Assembly (NCBI GenBank): GCA_017439965.1
Contig: JAFSID010000079.1
Coordinates: 2,035 to 66,034, forward strand
DNA length: 64,000 nt
Direction of reading: 5' to 3'
Origin: Clostridia bacterium
GTDB taxonomy: Bacteria; Bacillota; Clostridia; Oscillospirales; SIG627
A program made the position numbers and the translations under genes. Within the stretch, counting starts at the first letter, position 1. The number at the start of each line of letters is the position of its first letter. Positions 27,679-37,076 of the stretch are shown in pieces. Under the pieces are notes generated by a model. It had not been told where the DNA came from, searched no databases, and saw only the letters and a program-made list of their open reading frames with translations.

Positions 27679-27821
27679 AATTGTGAGAATTGATAAAAAA
27701 ATAGCTTGAAATTGGATATTTTCTCACTTGACATAATGCTTATGTTAGTGTAAAATAAATATGTTTATGATAAGATACAGTCAGTATGCTGTATATTCCC
27801 TGTTTTCAAGGAGGAAAAACA

Positions 27822-29933
27822 ATGAGCAAAAGATTAGTCGCTTTACTGTTGCTTCTCGTGATGGCAATGAGCCTCGTGCTCACTTCCTGCTCGTCACTTG
27901 ATGAGGATTACGAGGAGGAAACCTCAACGGTAAAAGAAATCACACTTAGCTTCCACGGTGTAAAGGGAGAGGGCACGACGGATGCCGCTATCGAAGCCGT
28001 TGAGGCAAAGATCAACGAGTACACACAAAAGAATTACAAGACCACCATCGATCTTATATTCTTCGACGAGGACGAATATGACGAGGAGATGGCAAAGGTT
28101 TATGAGAAGCTCGAGGCTCAGAGAGAGCGTGACGAGCTTGCCGAAGAGGCAGCGAGCGCTGCCGCTAAGGTAGCAAGAGAAGCTGCAAAGCAGCTTTCTA
28201 TCGATGACCAGAAGGAAAAGAAGAGAGCGCAGAGAGCTTACGAAAAGTGGGCTGAGGCTAACGTCGTTGAGGACGAGACCTCGGTTGAGATGGAGGACGA
28301 CGTTGTTCTCGACATCTTCCTTATGCGCGGCTTTGACGATTACCTTGCAGCAACCGAGGAGGAGAAGCTTGCTGACCTTTCCTCGTACGCCAACGGTACA
28401 TATAAGCTTATTCACAAGTATACCAGCCCCATCGTTATCCAGTCTGCAAAGAGAGGCGGAATGCTTTACGGAGTACCCTCCAACAAGCTCCTTGCCACCG
28501 AGGATAACGAGGCTTATTACTACGCTGTAAGAACCGACCTTCTTGAAAAGTACAACATCAAGATTGAAGAGGACGAGATTCCCGTTCTTGACGCTAAGTT
28601 CAACGGCTTCTTCCAGGAGGTTAAGGCTAACGAGTCCTGCGAGGTCATTCTTGCGCCTCCCACGGCTATCCAGAACTTCGACTTCTATCTTGACGATATG
28701 GATAAGTATCCTCTCTACGGAACACGTTCCAACGAGATGTACGCTACCACCTCCACAAACCTTGAGTTTACCTACAAGGTTCTCGACATCAACGTGCTTG
28801 ATGCAGGTGCGGCATCCGCTCACTACAAGAAGATGTCCAATTACAGAAACCTCGGCTACTTTGCACCCGACGGAGCAACCGTTGAAAATACCGACTTCGC
28901 GCTCGGCGTATTCCACGGCACTCTTGCTGACGTAAAGAAGCAGCTCGGCTCCAAGGTTGACGATTACAGCTACTTTACCTACAAGTGTGCAAGAACCACC
29001 AACGACGTTGTATTTGAAAATCTTCTCGTTGTATCGGCTGACTGTAAGTATCCCGACCGTGCGTTCCAGATTATTTCAGCACTTCACACCGTTCCCGAGC
29101 TTCGTGACCTTATAACCTTCGGTATTAAGGACGTTAACTATATGGTTAACGAGGACGGCAAGACCATCAAGATGCTCAACAACGAGTATAATATCGGCTT
29201 TGAGACCTACGGCAACTCTCTCATCGGTTACATTCCCGAGGAGCTTGGTATTGATTATCAGGTAGAGTCCGCAAAGAAGAACTCAGAGGTTAAGGTAAGC
29301 GCATATCTCGGATATGCTCCCGAGCTTGAGGATCCCGATATCGACGCACTCGAAAAGGTTAACGAGATAGGCAGAAAGTATCAGGATATGCTTATGCGCG
29401 GTGTTGAAAACGTTGACGAGACCGTTAATCAGGCTATGATTGAAATGGGTAAGAACGAGAACGTTCTCGGCGTATATCCCGATGAAGAGGCAGATGAGGA
29501 GGATTATTCTCCCGCATATCAGCTCGTTCTCGAGGCTATCAACAGTGACTACTCAAGCTACATAACCAACAGACCTCCGGATAAGCAGGTTCCCAATAAC
29601 GACTTCCTTTCCAAAGAGGAGCAGGACAGACTTGACGCTATCGAGCGTGCAAGAGAAGAAATCATCATCAAGGCTGCTGAGGCACTCGAAGAGGGTCAGG
29701 TAATCGACCGCGAGACTGGTGATATTACTATTGAGGAAACGGGCGAGTTCGTAAAGAACGCTTTTGAAGAGGCAGAGAGACTTGCCGCAGAGGCTGAGCA
29801 GAACGAGACCGAGGCTCCCGTTGAAGAAGCTCCTGCCGATGCAGAGACTCCCGTTGAAGAAGCTCCTGCCGATGCAGAGACTCCCGTTGAAGAAGCTCCT
29901 GCTGACGCAGAGGCTCCCGTTGAGGCTGAATAA
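27822..29933 (+). CDS. large lipoprotein, putative extracellular solute-binding-like protein with coiled-coil insert and C-terminal acidic repeats
   Basis: Preferred start is ATG 27822, 7 nt after AGGAGG. Signal plus lipobox MSKRLVALLLLLVMAMSLVLTSC. Segments such as MLYGVPSNKLL and YYAVRTDLLEKYNI resemble large LplA/LipO-type binding proteins (memory-based). A charged helical insert lies at about aa 95-165. Confidence 0.6.
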   Translation: MSKRLVALLLLLVMAMSLVLTSCSSLDEDYEEETSTVKEITLSFHGVKGEGTTDAAIEAVEAKINEYTQKNYKTTIDLIFFDEDEYDEEMAKVYEKLEAQRERDELAEEAASAAAKVAREAAKQLSIDDQKEKKRAQRAYEKWAEANVVEDETSVEMEDDVVLDIFLMRGFDDYLAATEEEKLADLSSYANGTYKLIHKYTSPIVIQSAKRGGMLYGVPSNKLLATEDNEAYYYAVRTDLLEKYNIKIEEDEIPVLDAKFNGFFQEVKANESCEVILAPPTAIQNFDFYLDDMDKYPLYGTRSNEMYATTSTNLEFTYKVLDINVLDAGAASAHYKKMSNYRNLGYFAPDGATVENTDFALGVFHGTLADVKKQLGSKVDDYSYFTYKCARTTNDVVFENLLVVSADCKYPDRAFQIISALHTVPELRDLITFGIKDVNYMVNEDGKTIKMLNNEYNIGFETYGNSLIGYIPEELGIDYQVESAKKNSEVKVSAYLGYAPELEDPDIDALEKVNEIGRKYQDMLMRGVENVDETVNQAMIEMGKNENVLGVYPDEEADEEDYSPAYQLVLEAINSDYSSYITNRPPDKQVPNNDFLSKEEQDRLDAIERAREEIIIKAAEALEEGQVIDRETGDITIEETGEFVKNAFEEAERLAAEAEQNETEAPVEEAPADAETPVEEAPADAETPVEEAPADAEAPVEAE
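29811..29930 (+). repeat. 33-nt tandem coding repeat (3 full units plus a partial one)
   Basis: Units at 29811-29843, 29844-29876 and 29877-29909, with a partial unit at 29910-29930. Each encodes E(A/T)PVEEAPADA. The units differ by only a few bases. Confidence 0.95.
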
Positions 29934-30019
29934 GTCATAATAATGAACAAAAAATGTCGGGTACCGCACCTGCGGTGCCCGATATCCTTGCTAAATTTTC
30001 AAAAAAAGTAAAAAAAGAC

Positions 30020-30049
30020 TTGACAACGCATATGAAAATACTGTATAAT
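30020..30049 (+). promoter_or_regulatory. sigma-A promoter for rpmH-rnpA
   Basis: TTGACA (30020-30025), 18 nt, TATAAT (30044-30049). Confidence 0.6.
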
Positions 30050-30109
30050 AATATGCGACGAAATTTCACGGTGGTAAAAACCGCTTAGAATTATAAAGGA
30101 GGTGTAGAT

Positions 30110-30244
30110 ATGCTTAGAACATACCAGCCTAAGAAGAGACAGAGAAAAATGGAGCACGGCTTCCGCAAGAGAATGGCTACCGCTAACGGTAGAAAGGTCC
30201 TTAAGCGCCGTCGTGCAAAGGGAAGAGCTCGCCTCACCTATTAA
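30110..30244 (+). CDS. rpmH: 50S ribosomal protein L34
   Basis: Below the track size cut-off. AAGGAGG RBS precedes the ATG at 30110. The translation is [44 protein letters not shown] (44 aa), a canonical L34. Confidence 0.95.
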   Translation: MLRTYQPKKRQRKMEHGFRKRMATANGRKVLKRRRAKGRARLTY

Positions 30245-30365
30245 TAGGCGACGAGTGATAGAATTGCTGAGCAATTGATAAACCGCCGTTGGATGACCTG
30301 AGCCAGAATTTTAGTATGCGGGGTGCATCCGTCGGGGGTTTTTCCTTTTTAACGGTTAAAATTTA

Positions 30366-30734
30366 ATGAAAAAGATTTACACAATTAAACAAAATTCGGT
30401 ATTTACCCGTATTTATTCAAAAGGGAAGAGCTGTGTTTTGCCTACCGTGGTTGTGTACGTCAGAAAAAATCCGAGGCTTTCTCACTCGGAGCTTGGCATT
30501 ACCGTTGCCAAAAAGCTTGGCGGTGCGGTACAGCGTAACCGTGCAAGGAGACTCATTCGTGAATCGTGGAGGCTTATTGCCCGTGAAAACGAAGGGCTTC
30601 TTGACCTTCCGTATTACGTTGTAGTCGTTGCCCGTAGCCGTTGCTTTAGAAAAAATATGAAAATGCAGACTGTTAAGCGTGATTTGACGAGCGGACTTGA
30701 AACGCTCGGCTTAATCGAGGATAAAGGGGAATAA
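30366..30734 (+). CDS. rnpA: ribonuclease P protein component
   Basis: 122 aa, basic, with the RNR motif [13 protein letters not shown]. Conserved position after rpmH. Confidence 0.9.
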   Translation: MKKIYTIKQNSVFTRIYSKGKSCVLPTVVVYVRKNPRLSHSELGITVAKKLGGAVQRNRARRLIRESWRLIARENEGLLDLPYYVVVVARSRCFRKNMKMQTVKRDLTSGLETLGLIEDKGE

Positions 30735-30943
30735 TGAAGTATATTTTTATTTTCTTGATACGCTTTTACCGTAAATTTATTTCGCCTCTTTTCCCACCAA
30801 CCTGCCGTTTCACTCCCACCTGCTCACAGTATGCTCTTGAGGCTTTTGAAAAGCACGGCTGTATAAAAGGACTGTTTTTGACAGTGTGGAGAATACTCCG
30901 TTGCAATCCGTTTTGCAAGGGTGGTCATGATCCCGTTCCCTAA
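30734..30943 (+). CDS. yidD: membrane protein insertion efficiency factor YidD
   Basis: 69 aa. [26 protein letters not shown]...RILRCNPF is the YidD signature. Overlaps the rnpA stop by 1 nt. Confidence 0.9.
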   Translation: MKYIFIFLIRFYRKFISPLFPPTCRFTPTCSQYALEAFEKHGCIKGLFLTVWRILRCNPFCKGGHDPVP

Positions 30944-30964
30944 AAAGAAGGAGATAATTCAATA

Positions 30965-32095
30965 ATGTTTGATTTTATTAACGTAGCATTCGGATGGCTT
31001 ATGAAGTGGTGTTATATCCTCGTTGAGAAGCTTGGCTTCGGAGGATATGCTCTGGCACTTCTTTTGTTTGCCTTTATTTGTCAGCTCATTTTGTTTCCCT
31101 TTGGTATTAAACAGCAGAAAAATTCTCAGAAGCAGGCGAGTCTTCGTCCCAAGGAGAATATAATACGTCGCCGTTACAACGGCAGAACCGACCGTAACTC
31201 TCAGATGAAGATGAACGAGGAGATTCAGAATCTCTATCAGGAGGAGCACTTCAGCCCCTTATCAGGCTGTCTCCCTCTTCTCATTCAGCTTCCCATTCTC
31301 TTCTCACTTTTTTACGTTATCCGCGAGCCTCTCACTTATATTTCGGGACTTGACGCAAGCCTCGTTCTCAACATCAACAACTACGTTGCAGACCTCGGAA
31401 TTGAAGGCTTTACAGTGCTTGAGGCTCTTCCTAAGAATTTCAGCGAAATTTCGCTCCTTAACTATATCAATTCGAATCTGCCCGCTCTTACGACTGAGTT
31501 TCCCGAGCTTGCAGATGCCTTGATACCCAACTTCCAGTTCACCCGTTTTATCGATCTGTCCCTCAAGCCCGATGCATTCTTCAATAAGACTGCAAGCTGG
31601 CACATTATGCTTATTCCTATCGCAACCTTTGCTTCGGCTTATTTCGGACAGAAGCTTACCCGTCGCTTCACTTATCAGGCGCCCTCAGCTGAGTCTGCCT
31701 CCTCAATGAAGCTTATGAACGTAATGATGCCCTTGTTCTCGGCATACCTTGCATTCATCTGGGAAGCGTCAATGGGTCTTTACTGGACCTATCGCAGCAT
31801 ACTTTCCTTCCTTCAGCAGATGCTTCTCAGCAAGCTTTTCCCCATTCCTACCTTTACGGATGAGGAGCTTCGCGCTCAGGAGAAGGAATATCTCGCAAAG
31901 CTTAAGGGCAAGAGCGCCAATAAGTCCAAGCCCGTAACAGACGTTCCGGGCAGAAAGTCTCTCATTTTCGATGATGACGACGAGGATGGCGAGATGCCCG
32001 CTTATCAGGAACACAGCATCGTCGCAGAGGATTCAGAGACGGCACACGGCTCGTCTCTCATTGACAAAGCTCCTCTCAAGGACGATGAAGAATAA
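30965..32095 (+). CDS. yidC: YidC/Oxa1 family membrane protein insertase
   Basis: 376 aa. GCLPLLIQLPILFSLFYVI and later TM helices fit the family. Acidic C-terminal tail. Conserved synteny. Confidence 0.9.
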   Translation: MFDFINVAFGWLMKWCYILVEKLGFGGYALALLLFAFICQLILFPFGIKQQKNSQKQASLRPKENIIRRRYNGRTDRNSQMKMNEEIQNLYQEEHFSPLSGCLPLLIQLPILFSLFYVIREPLTYISGLDASLVLNINNYVADLGIEGFTVLEALPKNFSEISLLNYINSNLPALTTEFPELADALIPNFQFTRFIDLSLKPDAFFNKTASWHIMLIPIATFASAYFGQKLTRRFTYQAPSAESASSMKLMNVMMPLFSAYLAFIWEASMGLYWTYRSILSFLQQMLLSKLFPIPTFTDEELRAQEKEYLAKLKGKSANKSKPVTDVPGRKSLIFDDDDEDGEMPAYQEHSIVAEDSETAHGSSLIDKAPLKDDEE

Positions 32096-32924
32096 ACAGG
32101 AGGACATTCCCTTGGCAAAAGTTTTAACCTTTACTGCAAAGTCTGTTGATGAAGCACTGGCAAACGCATCGGCAGAGCTTGGCATCCCTGCTGAAGAGCT
32201 TCGCTACGAGGTAACTTGTGAAGCAAAGAAGGGACTTTTCGGTCTCGGCTCTCAGGATGCTCAAATCCGTGTAAGCGTTGAGGAAAACCCCGACGAGCTT
32301 GCACTTGAGTTTGTCAGAACCATTCTTAAGAATTTCGACCTTTCCGACGAAACGCTCAAAATGGAGGAGATTGACTCCAAGGAGGTCAAGATTACCGTTG
32401 AGGGTGACGATATGGGACTTATCATCGGTCATCACGGAGAGATTCTCGAATCCATTCAGTATCTCACAAACCTCGCCGCAAACAAGGGGCGTGACGGCTA
32501 CCGTCGTTACACGGTCGATATTGAAAACTACCGCTCTCGCCGTGAGGAAGCTCTTCGCCGTCTGGCACAGAAGACCGCCGCTCGTGCAAAGAGACAGGGC
32601 AGAAACGTTACTCTCGAGCCTATGAGCGCTAACGAGAGACGTATCATTCACTCCGAGGTGCAGAATATTGAGGGCGTTACTACCTTCTCTATCGGCTCGG
32701 GTGATCAGCGTAAGGTCGTAGTATCTCCCGAAAATAAGAAGGAGAGACAGCCCAAGCGTAACAATGCGGACAAGCCCCGTCAGGCTTCTCCCGCAAAGTC
32801 GAAGCTTCCCTCGGATATTCCCACCACCTATGCAGGCGGCGGTGTATCCAAGCAGCCCGTTGTAAAGGCTAAGAGCATCGAGGAGCTCGGTCTTGCCGAT
32901 CCCGACGACAGCGATATTTATTAA
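32085..32924 (+). CDS. jag: Jag/KhpB RNA-binding protein (Jag_N-KH-R3H)
   Basis: Preferred start is ATG 32085 (MKNKQEDIPLAKVLTFTAKSVDEAL...), overlapping the yidC end. KH-like segment IIGHHGEILESIQYL and R3H segment LEPMSANERRIIHSEV. Confidence 0.85.
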   Translation: MKNKQEDIPLAKVLTFTAKSVDEALANASAELGIPAEELRYEVTCEAKKGLFGLGSQDAQIRVSVEENPDELALEFVRTILKNFDLSDETLKMEEIDSKEVKITVEGDDMGLIIGHHGEILESIQYLTNLAANKGRDGYRRYTVDIENYRSRREEALRRLAQKTAARAKRQGRNVTLEPMSANERRIIHSEVQNIEGVTTFSIGSGDQRKVVVSPENKKERQPKRNNADKPRQASPAKSKLPSDIPTTYAGGGVSKQPVVKAKSIEELGLADPDDSDIY

Positions 32925-32991
32925 AAACGGTACAAGGGTGTACATTCAAGGCTAATCGCCCTGAAGTACATCCTTGTTTTTTGGAGTTAAA

Positions 32992-34377
32992 ATGTTAAAC
33001 GATATGATTGCCGCCATCTCGACTCCCATCGGAAAGGGTGGCGTTGCGCTTATTCGTGTATCGGGCAACGGCTGTCACACAGCCGTTGAGAAAATCTTTT
33101 TCCCGATATCAAAAAAGAGGCTTACCGATTATTCACCTCGCTTTGCGGTATACGGTGAGATAAGAGACGCGCGGTCACTTATTGATACCGCCATCGTCAC
33201 ACGCTTTTCATCCCCTCATTCCTTCACGGGCGAGGATATGGTGGAAATCTCCTGTCACGGAGGCTACGTCGTTTCATCTATGGTGCTTGAAGCGGTGCTG
33301 TCTCTCGGAATCCGAATGGCAGAGGCAGGTGAGTTTACAAGGCGCGCCTTTATCAACGATAAGCTTTCACTTACCGAGGCGGAGGCAATAGGCGACGTTT
33401 TATCCGCCGTCAGCCGTGAGGGTGTACGTCTTTCAAGCTCGCAGGCATCGGGCGTGTTATCCGCTCGTATGAAGGAGATAACAGACAAGCTTACCTCCCT
33501 TATTTCCTCAATTTACGCATATATAGACTATCCCGACGAGGACCTTGAGGACGTTGACGACGAGACTCTCGGTATCACTCTTGACGGCTTGATAGGGGAG
33601 TGTGAGACCCTTCTTTCCACCTATCGAGCAGGCAATGCGATTACCCACGGAATACCTACGGTTATCGTCGGCAAGCCCAACGTCGGAAAATCCTCTCTCT
33701 TTAATTCGCTTATCCGTGAGGACAGGGCAATCGTTACCGATATCCCCGGTACGACCCGTGATATGCTTGAGTATACTGCCGACGTGAAGGGCGTGACTCT
33801 CCGTCTTACAGATACTGCGGGACTGCGTGAGTCAACCGAGGATGCGATTGAGGAAATGGGAATGAATATTGCAAGAGCAAGACTGTTCTCTCCCGAGACC
33901 TCGCTCGTTTTGGCTCTGTTTGATTTGTCAAGAGAACTTGACGGGGACGATGAAAGGCTTATTGAGGCTCTTGAGGGCGTTACCGACAAGACGGTCATTC
34001 CCGTTTATACAAAATGTGACCTTGAGACCCGTCTTGACGTTGATGCGGTTGAAGGGGCACTCGGAAAGGGCGTTACGGTTTCAAGCCGTGACGGGCAGGG
34101 GCTTGAAGCACTTGAGGAAAGAATTTTTTCAGCCTTTATCGGAGAGGAGCTTCCTCAGCCCGAGTCACCGATGCTTACGGGGGTCAGACAGCGCTCGGTG
34201 GTTGAGCGTGGACTTGACGGCTTGAGACAAGCCAAAGCGGAGCTTGAAACGGGCTTTAAGGATATGACGGGTATGACTCTTGAGTCCGCTCTTGCATCAC
34301 TTTTGGAGGTGGACGCAAGAGGTGTCGGAGAGCATATAGTAGATGAGATTTTTTCAAAATTTTGTGTCGGAAAATAG
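32992..34377 (+). CDS. mnmE: tRNA modification GTPase MnmE
   Basis: Preferred start is ATG 32992 (MLNDMIAAISTPIGKGGVALIRVSG) after GGAG. G-domain motifs GKPNVGKSSLFN and DTAGLR. C-terminal motif FCVGK. Confidence 0.95.
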   Translation: MLNDMIAAISTPIGKGGVALIRVSGNGCHTAVEKIFFPISKKRLTDYSPRFAVYGEIRDARSLIDTAIVTRFSSPHSFTGEDMVEISCHGGYVVSSMVLEAVLSLGIRMAEAGEFTRRAFINDKLSLTEAEAIGDVLSAVSREGVRLSSSQASGVLSARMKEITDKLTSLISSIYAYIDYPDEDLEDVDDETLGITLDGLIGECETLLSTYRAGNAITHGIPTVIVGKPNVGKSSLFNSLIREDRAIVTDIPGTTRDMLEYTADVKGVTLRLTDTAGLRESTEDAIEEMGMNIARARLFSPETSLVLALFDLSRELDGDDERLIEALEGVTDKTVIPVYTKCDLETRLDVDAVEGALGKGVTVSSRDGQGLEALEERIFSAFIGEELPQPESPMLTGVRQRSVVERGLDGLRQAKAELETGFKDMTGMTLESALASLLEVDARGVGEHIVDEIFSKFCVGK

Positions 34378-34394
34378 AACGAAGGAATTTATAA

Positions 34395-36278
34395 ATGACA
34401 GAAGCTACAACTTTTAATGCAGGTGACGTTCAGGTCGCTGTAGTCGGTGCGGGTCACGCAGGTATTGAAGCGGCTCTTGCATCGGCAAGAATGGGATGCT
34501 CGACGGCGCTCTTTACTTTAAGCCTTGATACCGTCGGAAATATGCCCTGCAATCCGTCGATTGGCGGTACGGGTAAGGGACATCTCGTTTTTGAAATAGA
34601 CGCTCTCGGCGGTGAAATGGGAAGGGCGGCAGACCGTGTTTGTATGCAGAGCCGTATGCTTAATCTCGGCAAGGGTCCTGCGGTACATTCTCTTCGTCAG
34701 CAGGCTGACCGCCGTGCCTATCAGACCCTTATGAAAAAAACGCTTGAGTCAACCGATAATCTCCGTCTCATTCAAGCGGAAATATGTAAAATAGAAAGAT
34801 GCGGTGAAAGGCTTTCGGTTACCACCCGTTACGGCGCCGTATGGACGGCTGACGCGGTCATCGTGTCAACGGGTACCTATCTCGACTCGCGTATCATCGT
34901 GGGAGAGGTCAGCTTTTCGGCAGGTCCCGATAATACCTCGTCGGCAACCTATCTCTCAAAATCCCTTGAGGAGCTTGGAGTTAAGCTTTTGAGATTCAAG
35001 ACGGGTACTCCCGCGAGAATACACGCAGACTCGATCGACTATGAAAAGACTGAAATTCAGCTTGGCGACAAGCCTCCAGTATGCTTCTCCTATCATACCG
35101 ATAAGGAGGAGTTTGAGTCGCGTGAGCAGTTGCCCTGCTATACCGTTTATACCAACGAAAACACCCATAATATAATAAAAAATAATCTTCACCGTTCTCC
35201 TCTTTACTCGGGAAATATCCGAGGAATCGGACCGAGATACTGTCCGAGCATTGAGGATAAGGTGGTACGCTTCTCCGACAAGGAAAGGCATCAGCTCTTT
35301 CTTGAGCCTATGGGAAGGGATACCGACGAGGTCTACGTTCAGGGACTCAGCTCTTCGCTTCCCGAGGACGTTCAGCTTGACATACTTCACTCAATAAAGG
35401 GGCTTGAAAACGCTCGCGTTATGCGTACCGCGTACGCTATCGAATACGACCTTGCCGACCCGACTCAGCTTTATCCGACCCTTGAGTTTAAGGATATCCC
35501 GGGCCTTTACGGTGCAGGTCAGTTCAACGGTACGTCGGGCTATGAGGAGGCGGCGGCTCAAGGACTTATCGCGGGCATTAACGCCGCACTCAAAATTCAG
35601 GGAAGAGAGCCTCTCGTTCTCACCCGTGCCTCCTCTTATATAGGCACGCTCATTGACGACCTTGTGACCAAGGGTACGAACGAGCCTTACAGAATAATGA
35701 CCTCACGCTGTGAGTACAGATTGGTGCTCCGTCAGGATAACGCCGACCGCAGACTTATCGAATACGGTCGAATGGCAGGTCTTATAGACGACGAAAGATA
35801 CGAGGCAAAGCAGAGGCTTTTTGAGGAGATAGACCGAGAGGTTGCAAGGTGCGAGACCACCTTCCTGCCTCCGAGCGAGGCGCTTATTGAAATACTTCGT
35901 GAAAAGGGCTCGACTCCCGTTTCGACAGGCGTACGCCTTGCCGACCTGATACGCCGTCCCGAGCTTTGCTACGAGGACCTTGAGGCAGTTGACCCGACCC
36001 GTCCTAAGCTCTCACCCGAGGTCTTTTCAAGGGCTCAGGTGGAGATAAAATACGCAGGCTATATAAAGAAGCAGGAGCTTGAGATAGAGGCGTTCAAGCG
36101 CCTTGAAAACAAGAAGCTTCCGCCTGATTTCGACTATACCGAAATAAAGGGAATAAGGCTTGAGGCTTGCCAGAAGCTTAACGCCATTCACCCCTTGAAT
36201 ATCGGTCAGGCATCGAGAATTTCGGGTATAAGTCCCGCAGACGTTTCGGTGCTCTTAATCTATTTCAATATGAAATAA
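34395..36278 (+). CDS. mnmG: tRNA uridine 5-carboxymethylaminomethyl modification enzyme MnmG
   Basis: 627 aa. Motifs [26 protein letters not shown] and [16 protein letters not shown]. Confidence 0.95.
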   Translation: MTEATTFNAGDVQVAVVGAGHAGIEAALASARMGCSTALFTLSLDTVGNMPCNPSIGGTGKGHLVFEIDALGGEMGRAADRVCMQSRMLNLGKGPAVHSLRQQADRRAYQTLMKKTLESTDNLRLIQAEICKIERCGERLSVTTRYGAVWTADAVIVSTGTYLDSRIIVGEVSFSAGPDNTSSATYLSKSLEELGVKLLRFKTGTPARIHADSIDYEKTEIQLGDKPPVCFSYHTDKEEFESREQLPCYTVYTNENTHNIIKNNLHRSPLYSGNIRGIGPRYCPSIEDKVVRFSDKERHQLFLEPMGRDTDEVYVQGLSSSLPEDVQLDILHSIKGLENARVMRTAYAIEYDLADPTQLYPTLEFKDIPGLYGAGQFNGTSGYEEAAAQGLIAGINAALKIQGREPLVLTRASSYIGTLIDDLVTKGTNEPYRIMTSRCEYRLVLRQDNADRRLIEYGRMAGLIDDERYEAKQRLFEEIDREVARCETTFLPPSEALIEILREKGSTPVSTGVRLADLIRRPELCYEDLEAVDPTRPKLSPEVFSRAQVEIKYAGYIKKQELEIEAFKRLENKKLPPDFDYTEIKGIRLEACQKLNAIHPLNIGQASRISGISPADVSVLLIYFNMK

Positions 36279-36287
36279 CGGTGTGAA

Positions 36288-37064
36288 ATGAATAAGGTAT
36301 CAAAAATTTTATCCTCGGTAAAGGAGATGCCCGTAAGCGAAGAGGCTCGTCTTGAGCGCTTTGAGTGGCTTGCGGGACATATTGCCGAGGAGAATAAAAA
36401 GGTTAATATCACCTCTATTACAGACGAGGTGGGAATTGCTACCAAGCATTTTGCGGACTCTCTGTCTCTTCTGAGACTGGAGGAGGTCGCAAGGGAAAAC
36501 ATCCGACTTGCCGATATCGGCTGCGGAGGAGGCTTCCCGGGGCTTCCCATAAAAATGATGCGTGACGATATCGACGTCACGATGCTTGACAGCACCGAGA
36601 AGAAAATCAAATACGTTGAGTCTACCGCAAGGCTTTTGGGACTTGAGAAAATCAACTGTATTGCAGGCAGAGCGGAGGAGGTAGGTGCTGTTGACACGCC
36701 TTTGCGCGAGAGCTTTGATATAGTTACCTCCCGTGCGGTAGCAAGACTTTCCGTGCTTTCCGAGATATGTTTGCCGTTTGTAAAGGTGGGCGGATATTTC
36801 ATCGCAATGAAGGCGGCATCCGCCGACGAGGAGCTTGAGGAGGCTAAAAACGGCTTTTCAAAGCTTGGTGGAAGGCTGATGAGATGCGTTGACGTGCCCT
36901 TTACCTTTGAGGGACTTGACGCCGACACCTTCAGTGACGAGGAGCTTTCACGTCTTGAGGAGTTTTCCTCGGCAAAGCGTGTGCTTATCGTGGTTAAAAA
37001 GGTAAAGCCCACACCCGAGCAATACCCGAGAGCGTGGGCAAGAATTATTAAAAAGCCTCTTTGA
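36288..37064 (+). CDS. rsmG: 16S rRNA (guanine527-N7)-methyltransferase RsmG
   Basis: 258 aa. Motifs NITSITDEVGIATKHFADSL and the SAM site DIGCGGGFPGLPI. Conserved position after mnmG. Confidence 0.9.
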   Translation: MNKVSKILSSVKEMPVSEEARLERFEWLAGHIAEENKKVNITSITDEVGIATKHFADSLSLLRLEEVARENIRLADIGCGGGFPGLPIKMMRDDIDVTMLDSTEKKIKYVESTARLLGLEKINCIAGRAEEVGAVDTPLRESFDIVTSRAVARLSVLSEICLPFVKVGGYFIAMKAASADEELEEAKNGFSKLGGRLMRCVDVPFTFEGLDADTFSDEELSRLEEFSSAKRVLIVVKKVKPTPEQYPRAWARIIKKPL

Positions 37065-37076
37065 TAAGGAGGGCGT

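Noticed and set aside
27924-28916. 330-aa antisense ORF inside the lipoprotein gene. Similar long antisense ORFs occur at 32124-32945, 36260-37012, 38168-38992, 43113-44087, 44183-45061, 58185-58985, 5565-6224 and 20216-20914.
   Set aside because: These are shadow ORFs opposite genes with strong family signatures. They have odd composition, no RBS and no recognisable motifs. Long antisense frames are expected opposite genes with this codon bias.
29811-29930. Tandem 33-nt repeats considered as a CRISPR-like or non-coding array
   Set aside because: The units are contiguous with no spacers. They are in frame within the lipoprotein ORF and encode an 11-aa acidic repeat. No cas genes are present.
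29934-30109. oriC / DnaA-box cluster upstream of rpmH
   Set aside because: The region contains only a hairpin, a promoter and an RBS. I saw no TTATCCACA-like boxes by eye, and dnaA is not adjacent. This was not an exhaustive scan.
30245-30365. 120-nt rpmH-rnpA spacer considered as a structured regulatory RNA
   Set aside because: I could draw only weak, mismatched pairings ending in GGGGGTTTTT. This is insufficient to call more than a possible partial terminator.
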